DNA of 64,000 bases from Candidatus Multivoradales bacterium. Its GTDB lineage: Bacteria; Acidobacteriota; Thermoanaerobaculia; Multivoradales; J023. Positions 15,485 to 22,894 of this stretch are shown piece by piece (position 1 is the stretch's first letter; every line of letters begins with the position of its first letter). Both the position numbers and the translations under genes were made by a program. The stretch is taken from NCBI GenBank assembly GCA_965248925.1, contig CBDFLE010000006.1, positions 3,552,001 to 3,616,000 of the forward strand, given 5' to 3'. The notes under the pieces were generated by a model. It had not been told where the DNA came from. It searched no databases and was given only the letters and a program-made list of their open reading frames with translations.

Positions 15485-16810
15485 TCAGCCGGCGTGCAGG
15501 TCGAGGAAATGCGCCCGGTAGCGCTGCTCTGGGAAAGCGAAGCGTTCGGCGAAAGTCTCTGCCGAGATGGCGCCGTGCTGAAAGCGCCGTTTCTCGAACA
15601 CCGGCATCTCGATGCCCAGATGGTGTTGCAGGCCGCGGCGCAGCACTTCGCCCTTGAGGGCATAGAGTTTCTGAGGGTCCCCGGCGGCGAGTTCGGCGAA
15701 GGGGATCGCTTCGGCGACGGCGATGACTTCCGGCCGGGCAAACGGACTGCAGCCGACAAACCCATAGTGTTGAGCTGGCGCCCAGCTGCGCACACAACCT
15801 CGACTTTGGCCGCCGGAGTAAGTTAGCGAGTGCTTGATCTTGTCGACTCCCCAGCCCTCTTGGTAGAGCATCGAGTTCGACACCACGCTGTGGATGGTCA
15901 GCTCTGGATTCTCTTCGATCGGATAGTCCTTGAGGTTTTCGTCGCCGCCGTCGCCATCGATCAAGAAGCGCCAATCGGGGTAGCGGCGACGGATCGCGCC
16001 GAGCAGGGCCAGACCGACGGTGGCGCATTCGACATCGAGCGGCTTGTAATCCTCGATCACCGCCACCGCGGCCAAAGGATCGAGCTCGCTGGCGCTCACT
16101 TGCACCGTTTCGCCGAGCATTTCGAGATCGGTGCGACGCAGGAACTCCCGCGCCTGGCGGATGTCCTCGCCGCCGCCGTCGACCGCCAGGGTAAATGCCT
16201 TGAGCCGGGCCGGACTATGGCCCAACTCGCGCAACACGTGGTCGACCGCCAACAACACCGCGCCGCTATCGCCGCCGCCTGAGAACAACACGCCGATCGG
16301 CGCCGCGGCGGGCAGTGATTTGATCCAGGCGCGGACTTGCTGCAAGAGAGCTCCGACATAGCGTTGGCCGATGGTGTCGAGATCTGCCGGCAAGGTACCG
16401 CGCTCAGGAGTGAAGAAGCGGTGGTGCTCCGGATTGGGATCGGGGCAGCCGATTAGCCGCAAGGTGGTGACATGGTGGGCTGGCACCATGCGGGTGTAGG
16501 AGGGATGGAATTGATCCTCGTAGCCGGCATCCTCCAAGGCGTCGCGGATCTGGTCGATGCGCTCGGCGACGATCAGCATCGGGCCGGTTTTCTCCTTGGC
16601 CAAGAAATAACGCATCGGTCGATCTAGGCTGCGGGCCATCAGCACTTTCTCCCCGTCGCGGGCGAGCAGCGCGAACGAGCCGGCAATCGCCAGCACTGGG
16701 TCGGGTTGGCCGGCGAGCAACCGCTGGCGGGCCTGATCGAGGTCTAGATCTTGCAACTGTTGGCTGTCGGGATCGATCAAGTCGAGAACTCGGGCGATGG
16801 GCTTTTGCAT
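15485..16810 (-). CDS. Asparagine-synthetase-like ATP-dependent amide ligase (PP-loop) lacking the N-terminal catalytic Cys
   Basis: IGVLFSGGGDSG PP-loop, GSFAL..LMARSLDRPMRY degenerate Ntn domain, DGDGGDE, SPF, K..LR, KRRFQHG; GGAGA RBS before ATG 16810; protein begins MQKP. Confidence 0.8.
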   Translation of the reverse strand: MQKPIARVLDLIDPDSQQLQDLDLDQARQRLLAGQPDPVLAIAGSFALLARDGEKVLMARSLDRPMRYFLAKEKTGPMLIVAERIDQIRDALEDAGYEDQFHPSYTRMVPAHHVTTLRLIGCPDPNPEHHRFFTPERGTLPADLDTIGQRYVGALLQQVRAWIKSLPAAAPIGVLFSGGGDSGAVLLAVDHVLRELGHSPARLKAFTLAVDGGGEDIRQAREFLRRTDLEMLGETVQVSASELDPLAAVAVIEDYKPLDVECATVGLALLGAIRRRYPDWRFLIDGDGGDENLKDYPIEENPELTIHSVVSNSMLYQEGWGVDKIKHSLTYSGGQSRGCVRSWAPAQHYGFVGCSPFARPEVIAVAEAIPFAELAAGDPQKLYALKGEVLRRGLQHHLGIEMPVFEKRRFQHGAISAETFAERFAFPEQRYRAHFLDLHAG

Positions 16811-17093
16811 GACGATCAGTCTCCGGAAATAGCAGATAGCAGTAGAATCAACAGTGAGAGGGTCGCAGCCAGCGGCCGCTGAGATCAAGGATCGCTAGCC
16901 AACGATTATCGCAGATTCGCGGGCCATCGGAAAAGCCCTGTCGTCAAGGTCGTCGACCGCTCCCTCGGCTCATCTGCGCCTCCCTTGCGCTCGACCAGAC
17001 CCACAGATACTATGCGAACGCTTAACCATCGCTGATGTGCCGCGGGAGTCTCGCGGCCGACCTTACAGCCTTTCCCAAATCGGAAAACGCCCT

Positions 17094-18242
17094 ATGGCCA
17101 CAGTCTTTGTCCCGAAGGAGACCCGCGACGGCGAACAGCGTGTCGCGGCCACGCCGGAGACCATCGCCAAGATGGTCGCAGCCGGCCTCACTGTCAGGGT
17201 CGAGCAGGGAGCCGGAATCGGTGCCCACGTTGCCGACAAAGCCTATGAGGGGGCCGGCGCGACGTTGACCACCGAGCGTGGCAAGGCGTTGGCCGAAGCC
17301 GCGCTGGTGCTAGCCGTCACGCACCCGGAGGCCAGCGACTTGGAGCAAATGCAGGCTGGCGCCATCTGGGTCGGCCTGCTGGCTCCGGCACGCAATCTCA
17401 GCTTGGTGAAGCAGTTGGCCGAGGGCCAGATCAGCGCTTTCGCTATGGAGCTGGTGCCGCGCATCACCCGTGCTCAGGTGATGGACGCGCTGTCTTCACA
17501 GGCGTCGATTGCTGGCTACAAGGCGGTGTTGCTCGCTGCGAGCAAGCTAGCCAAGTATTTTCCTCTGATGATGACCGCCGCCGGCACCATCAAGCCCGCT
17601 CGGGTGGTGGTGATGGGCGCTGGCGTGGCTGGCCTGCAAGCGCTGGCGACAGCGCGGCGACTGGGCGCGGTGGTCGAAGTTTCCGATATCCGTGATGTGG
17701 TCAAAGAGCAGATCGAATCCCTGGGCGGTAAGTTCATCCCCTTGCCCGAGACCGAAGAGAGTGGCGAAGGCGAGGGGGGTTACGCCAAAGAGATGACCGC
17801 CGACTTCCTGCGCCGCCAACGGGAAATCGTCACCGAGCACGTTGCCCGAGCCGATGTGGTGATTTGCACCGCCTTGGTACCGGGCAAGAAGGCGCCGACC
17901 TTGATCACTCGGCAAATGGTCGAGGGCATGCGTTCGGGGGCGGTGATCGTCGACCTGGCGGTTGGCCAGGGAGGCAATTGCGAGTTGTCCGAGGAAGGCC
18001 GCGAGGTAGTGCATGGCGGGGTGTTGATCCTCGGTCCGGCCAACCTGCCGGCAGAGACCGCGATCGATGCCAGCGCGCTATACGCCCGCAACGTTTGGGC
18101 CTTGGTCGAGCCGCTGGTCGGTGAGGGGGGCGCTCTGACCCTCGATCTCGATGACGAAGTGGTCGCTGGCGCGCTGCTCACCCATGGCGGTGAGGTGCGC
18201 GACGAACGAACCCGCCAGAGCCTGGAAGGAGAGGACGCCTGA
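17094..18242 (+). CDS. pntAA: NAD(P) transhydrogenase alpha subunit part 1 (domain I)
   Basis: VPKE..GEQRVAATP, PRITRAQVMDALSSQ, GAGVAGLQA, GEGGYAKE, GGNCE. Confidence 0.95.
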   Translation: MATVFVPKETRDGEQRVAATPETIAKMVAAGLTVRVEQGAGIGAHVADKAYEGAGATLTTERGKALAEAALVLAVTHPEASDLEQMQAGAIWVGLLAPARNLSLVKQLAEGQISAFAMELVPRITRAQVMDALSSQASIAGYKAVLLAASKLAKYFPLMMTAAGTIKPARVVVMGAGVAGLQALATARRLGAVVEVSDIRDVVKEQIESLGGKFIPLPETEESGEGEGGYAKEMTADFLRRQREIVTEHVARADVVICTALVPGKKAPTLITRQMVEGMRSGAVIVDLAVGQGGNCELSEEGREVVHGGVLILGPANLPAETAIDASALYARNVWALVEPLVGEGGALTLDLDDEVVAGALLTHGGEVRDERTRQSLEGEDA

Positions 18243-18529
18243 TGGGAGCCCTGCTGATCGGAATCTATGTTTTCGTGTTGGCGGTCTTTGTCGGTTTTGA
18301 GATCATCGCCAAGATCCCGCCGACCTTGCATACCCCATTGATGTCGGGCGCTAACGCGGTCTCTGGCATCACCGTGGTGGGGGCGATGATAGCCGCCCAG
18401 CGAGGCGATACGCGGTTGTCGAGTCTGCTCGGCTTGGCGGCGATCATTTTCGCCACCGTCAATGTGGTCGGCGGTTTCCTGGTCACCGACCGCATGCTCG
18501 GCATGTTCGGCCAAAAGAAAAAGCGCTGA
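18242..18529 (+). CDS. pntAB: NAD(P) transhydrogenase alpha subunit part 2 (membrane)
   Basis: PTLHTPLMSGANAVSG, NVVGGFLVTDRML. Confidence 0.95.
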   Translation: MGALLIGIYVFVLAVFVGFEIIAKIPPTLHTPLMSGANAVSGITVVGAMIAAQRGDTRLSSLLGLAAIIFATVNVVGGFLVTDRMLGMFGQKKKR

Positions 18530-18541
18530 GGATAGAAGGCG

Positions 18542-19963
18542 ATGCTGCAGACGACAATCGTTCCAGTTCTCTACTTGCTGTCGGCGGTGCTGTTCATCTT
18601 GGGCCTCAAGGGGCTGACCAAGGTGCGCACCGCCCGGCGTGGTAATGCCATCTCCTCGCTGGCGATGTTGATCGCGGTGGTGGCGACCGTGCTCGAGATG
18701 GGTTCTTTCAACCCGCAGTGGATCTTGGTCGGCTTGGTGGTCGGCGGTTTGATCGGCGGCATCATCGCGACCCGGGTCGCGATGACCGGTATACCCGAGA
18801 TGGTGGCCCTGCTCAACGGTTCGGGTGGCGCCGCTTCAGTGCTGGTGGCGTTGTCGGTGCTGTGGGGCCGGGTGGTCGAGCCGGGTGAGCCCTTGGTTGC
18901 TACGGTGCTGGGCTCGGCTTCGGCGTTCACTGTCGTGCTGACCGTTTTGATCGGCTGCGTCACTCTCTCGGGCAGCGTAGTGGCCTACATGAAGCTGTCG
19001 GGCAAGCTCAAGGGAGCGCCGATTCTGCTGCCCGGTCGGCACTTGCTCAACGCCCTGCTGATCCTCGGCGCCCTCGGCCTGGGCTTCTACGTCGCTTTTA
19101 CCGCCGGTGCGCCGGTGGCGCTGCTGGCCTTAGTGGTCACCTGCCTGAGCTTGTTGCTGGGTATCTTCCTGGTGATTCCGATCGGCGGCGCCGACATGCC
19201 GGTGGTGATTTCTCTGCTGAATTCCTACTCCGGACTGGCCGCCGCTGCCACCGGTTTCGTGCTGGGAAACTATGTACTGATCATCTCCGGCGCGCTGGTC
19301 GGTGCCTCGGGCTTGATCCTCACCCAGATCATGTGCGTGGCGATGAACCGCACCTTGGCCAACGTGCTCTTTGGCGGCTTTGGCGCCCAGCCGAGCGCTG
19401 CTGCGGGAGGTGGTGGCAAGCACGAGTACGAGAACGTGCGCTCCTACAGTGCCGAGGAAGCGGCGATGGTGCTCGAAGCCTCTGAGAGCGTGGTTTTCGT
19501 GCCTGGCTACGGTCTGGCGGTGGCGCAGGCCCAGCACAGCGTCCGCGAACTCGCCGACTACTTGGAGCAAGAAGGCAAGCAGGTCACCTACGGCATTCAC
19601 CCGGTGGCCGGTCGCATGCCGGGGCATATGAACGTGTTGCTGGCCGAGGCCGACGTGCCTTACGAGCAGCTGCTGGAAATGGACATCATCAACCCCGAGT
19701 TCAAGAATACCGACGTGGTGCTGGTGGTCGGCGCCAACGACGTCGTCAACCCGGCGGCCGTCGACGATGCGGAAAGCCCGATCTACGGCATGCCGATCCT
19801 CGAGGTCATGCACGCCGGCACGGTGGTGATGATCAAGCGCTCGCTGAGCCCCGGTTTCGCCGGCATCAAGAACAGCCTATTCGAGGCCAACAACACGATG
19901 ATGCTCTTCGAAGACGCCAAAAAAGCGGTCCAAGCGATCCTGCGGGAACTCAAAGATCTCTGA
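18542..19963 (+). CDS. pntB: NAD(P) transhydrogenase beta subunit
   Basis: IGGADMPVVISLLNSYSG, VPGYGLAVAQAQH, HPVAGRMPGHMNVLLAEA, GANDVVNP. Confidence 0.95.
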   Translation: MLQTTIVPVLYLLSAVLFILGLKGLTKVRTARRGNAISSLAMLIAVVATVLEMGSFNPQWILVGLVVGGLIGGIIATRVAMTGIPEMVALLNGSGGAASVLVALSVLWGRVVEPGEPLVATVLGSASAFTVVLTVLIGCVTLSGSVVAYMKLSGKLKGAPILLPGRHLLNALLILGALGLGFYVAFTAGAPVALLALVVTCLSLLLGIFLVIPIGGADMPVVISLLNSYSGLAAAATGFVLGNYVLIISGALVGASGLILTQIMCVAMNRTLANVLFGGFGAQPSAAAGGGGKHEYENVRSYSAEEAAMVLEASESVVFVPGYGLAVAQAQHSVRELADYLEQEGKQVTYGIHPVAGRMPGHMNVLLAEADVPYEQLLEMDIINPEFKNTDVVLVVGANDVVNPAAVDDAESPIYGMPILEVMHAGTVVMIKRSLSPGFAGIKNSLFEANNTMMLFEDAKKAVQAILRELKDL

Positions 19964-19985
19964 AGCCGGTTGCGGCTTCGCTTTG

Positions 19986-20160
19986 CTCTTCGTCCCGCCA
20001 GGGACGGGGATGCACTAGCGAGGGTCTTTCAATTCCTCGTGGTGGCTGTTCAAGGAGTTTCAATCCTTCGAGGTGGCTTGGCGTGAAGCGTCTATGCAGG
20101 CTCCCGAGCCCAGCGAGTGATTGAAATCACTCGCTCAGAGATAACGTCCCTGGCGGGACG
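19986..20160. repeat. REP/REPIN-like inverted doublet of a bipartite palindromic repeat
   Basis: CGTCCCGCCAGGGACG at 19991-20006 and its reverse complement at 20145-20160; AGCGAGTGATTGAAATCACTCGCT at 20112-20135; degenerate TTTCAAT hairpins in between; same unit at 60314-60375. Confidence 0.8.
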
Positions 20161-20264
20161 GGGATGCCGTGCCTTAGCCCCGAAAACTGAACACCTACCG
20201 ATCAGATTTCATCGTCGCCACAATGCCTTGCATGAGGTCTTAGCCTAGGCTGTAATATGCCTAG

Positions 20265-21983
20265 ATGAACTTCTTTCGAGGCCGAGCTGCTTGCTTCTTT
20301 CTGATTTCCCTTTCGATTTCATGGTTCGCCCTCTGTGGGGACGCCAAGGCCGCCTCGCGGCCGCCGGTCAGTGGCACCGGTGGGGCGGTGGCTAGCGATG
20401 AACGGCTGGCGACCGAGGTCGGTCTTGAGATGCTGCGCCAGGGCGGCAGCGCGGTCGACGCGGCGGTAGCCACGGCGCTGGCGCTGGCGGTGGTCGAGCC
20501 GGAGGCGGGCAACCTCGGCGGCGGTGGTTTTGCCGTCGTCAAGATGGGCGAGAAGGTGTTCTTTCTCGACTTTCGCGAGCAGGCTCCAGCCGCGGCCCAT
20601 CGCGACATGTTCCTCGACGACGCTGGCGAGCCGATCCCGCAGGCTTCGTGGGTGGGGCCATTGGCCTCTGGAGTGCCGGGTTCGCCGGCCGGACTTTTTG
20701 CCTTGCATGAGCGTTTTGGCAAGCTGCCATGGAAGACGGTGGTAGAGCCGGCGCGACGGTTGGCCGCCGAGGGCTTCGTGGTCAGCACCCGCCTGGTACG
20801 TGGGCTCGATGCCAAGCGCGAAGTGCTCGCACGCTTTCCCTCGACCGCGGCGGTTTGGCTGCCCGACGGCGCGCCGCCAGCGGTGGGCTCGAAGATTCGC
20901 CTGCCGGACCTTGCCGCGACCCTCAAAAGCTATGCCGAGAACGGGCCGGATGGTTTCTATCGTGGTCCGGTAGCCGCGGCGGTGGAAGCGGCGGCTAAGG
21001 CTCATGGCGGCATCCTGACTGCCGCGGACCTGGCGGCCTACCAGCCGACCTGGCGCCAGCCGGTGCGATTCGAGGCCTTCGGTTGGCAAGTTGCCGCGGC
21101 GGCTCTGCCGTCGTCGGGAGGCATCTTGTTGGGTGCTTCGATCGAGTTGCTCGAGCGGGTCGATTGGGCGGCGCGCCCGCGTTTTGGGGCTGACCGGGCG
21201 CACCTGCTGGCCGAGGCCTGGCGCCGGGCCTACGCCGACCGGTTTCAACTCGGTGATCCAAGCTCGACCCGCGCCACCTGGTCGGACCTGCTCGACCCGA
21301 CGTGGTTAGACCACCGCGCCGCGACGATCAACAAGCAGCAAGCGACGCCTTCCACCAAGGTCCATCCCTGGTCCGGCCCACCGCCGCCCGAAAGCAGCGA
21401 TACCACCCATTTATCGACAGTCGATGGCGAGGGCAATCTAGTGGCCCTGACCACTACTATTAACGGCCTGTTTGGCTGTGGTTTGTTAGTCGAAGGCGGA
21501 GGCTTTTTTCTCAACAACGAGATGGACGATTTTGCCGCCGCTCCAGGCCGGCCCAACGTTTTTGGCTTGGTGCAGGGAGAGGCCAACGCGGTTATCGCTG
21601 GGCATCGCATGCTGTCGTCGATGAGCCCGACGATTGCCTGGCGCGGCGATCAGGCGATCGCCGTTGGCGGTCGCGGTGGCGGTCGTATTCCCACCGCGAC
21701 GCTGCAAGTGCTGCTCAACCTTTGGCTCGATGGCGACTCCCTGCAAGCGGCCCTGGACCGCCCCCGGATTCACCATCAATGGCAGCCCGACCAGCTCTTC
21801 GTCGAGCCCGACGCCCTCTCCCCCGAGACCCGTGCCGAGCTCGAACGCCGCGGCCACCGGCTCAAGGAGATCGAATCGCTGGCCCAGGTGCAGGCGGTGC
21901 GCTGGAACGCCGGCAGGGTCGAGGCCGCCGCCGAACCGCGGGGTAGTGGTGGCGCTGGTGGGGTGGTGATGCCCAATCCATAA
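20265..21983 (+). CDS. ggt: Gamma-glutamyltransferase
   Basis: GGSAVDAAVA, GNLGGGGF, LDFREQAP, autocleavage TTHLSTVD, LNNEMDDF, LSSMSPT, PRIHHQW. Confidence 0.93.
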   Translation: MNFFRGRAACFFLISLSISWFALCGDAKAASRPPVSGTGGAVASDERLATEVGLEMLRQGGSAVDAAVATALALAVVEPEAGNLGGGGFAVVKMGEKVFFLDFREQAPAAAHRDMFLDDAGEPIPQASWVGPLASGVPGSPAGLFALHERFGKLPWKTVVEPARRLAAEGFVVSTRLVRGLDAKREVLARFPSTAAVWLPDGAPPAVGSKIRLPDLAATLKSYAENGPDGFYRGPVAAAVEAAAKAHGGILTAADLAAYQPTWRQPVRFEAFGWQVAAAALPSSGGILLGASIELLERVDWAARPRFGADRAHLLAEAWRRAYADRFQLGDPSSTRATWSDLLDPTWLDHRAATINKQQATPSTKVHPWSGPPPPESSDTTHLSTVDGEGNLVALTTTINGLFGCGLLVEGGGFFLNNEMDDFAAAPGRPNVFGLVQGEANAVIAGHRMLSSMSPTIAWRGDQAIAVGGRGGGRIPTATLQVLLNLWLDGDSLQAALDRPRIHHQWQPDQLFVEPDALSPETRAELERRGHRLKEIESLAQVQAVRWNAGRVEAAAEPRGSGGAGGVVMPNP

Positions 21984-22211
21984 GTCGGAGAAATGACAAC
22001 CTAATGGTCGATTTTCGACCGCTGGGTGGTCATTTCTCGCGCGATTCGATGGCGGTCGCGCGCCAAAGAACAAAGAGCTTGCGTGACTACAATCAGCTCA
22101 CCGCCGCGGATTGAGATCTTCCCGCCCGATGGCTCTGCCGTCGACTACAATTCAGCTTCCTAGCTCAACGCGGTCGCGGATGACCGCCCGGTTTCTTAAG
22201 AGGTGAATTCG

Positions 22212-22787
22212 ATGCGCTGTTTGACTACTTCTCTGACATTTTTCTTCCTGCTAGGGCTGTTGTTGACCACTATCGGTTGTCAGCCTGCCGCTGAGACTGC
22301 GCCGCCAGCGCCGCTGCGGCGGGTGGAGAGTGTCGCCTTGGGCCTGGTGATCGGCAATTTGCCAGAGTCGCTGGAGGTGGTGGTGAATGAGGGCGAGACG
22401 CTGCAATTTGCTCCCTCCGATCCGGCCCGCGGTGGCCAGTTGACGCTGACTCTCGATGCCGAGGAGCAGGGAGGGATCAATCTGGTGCAGGCATGTCGCG
22501 ACCACCAGGCGGCGATCGAGGCGCGGGGCGGCACCTACAGCGGCCAGCGTGAGCTCGGCTGGCAATATGGCACGGCGTTTTATTCGCGAGGTACTTACCA
22601 GGTCGACGGTGCGGCGATCGAGGAGACGTCGGTTTTTGTCATTCACCCGACCCGTGATCAGCGGCTGCGGTTGGTCTACAGCTACCCCGCCGGTGGCTCC
22701 CCCGAGGACACTGGGAAGCGCCTGGAGGAGGATCTCTTTGGTGTCTTGGGAGAAATCGAACCGTTGCAGGAGACGCCCGCCAGTTGA
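22212..22787 (+). CDS. Hypothetical lipoprotein
   Basis: Hydrophobic signal ending TTIG-C, Pro/Ala linker; AAGAGG upstream. Confidence 0.6.
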   Translation: MRCLTTSLTFFFLLGLLLTTIGCQPAAETAPPAPLRRVESVALGLVIGNLPESLEVVVNEGETLQFAPSDPARGGQLTLTLDAEEQGGINLVQACRDHQAAIEARGGTYSGQRELGWQYGTAFYSRGTYQVDGAAIEETSVFVIHPTRDQRLRLVYSYPAGGSPEDTGKRLEEDLFGVLGEIEPLQETPAS

Positions 22788-22894
22788 AGCGGGGCGCTCT
22801 ATAATGGAGGGCTCTGAGGACCACTATCGCTGCTGCCCAGCCACTTCGGCGAGCGTTTGGCTGAGCACAGATCAAGTACGGCAGACTCGACACT

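Noticed and set aside
15438-16028. Long N-terminal extension of the radical SAM ORF in the ORF track
   Set aside because: Mostly overlaps the Asn-synthetase-like gene in another frame and is Arg/Pro-rich noise; the real start is near 15437 or 15425.
12764-16810. Lasso peptide cluster interpretation
   Set aside because: An AsnB-like enzyme is present, but there is no transglutaminase-like B2 protease, no RRE/PqqD domain and no convincing lasso precursor.
20018-20135. CRISPR-like GTTTCAAT / ATTGAAA motifs
   Set aside because: Copies are inverted and degenerate, not direct repeats with unique regular spacers; no cas genes in the window. Better explained as REP-like hairpins.
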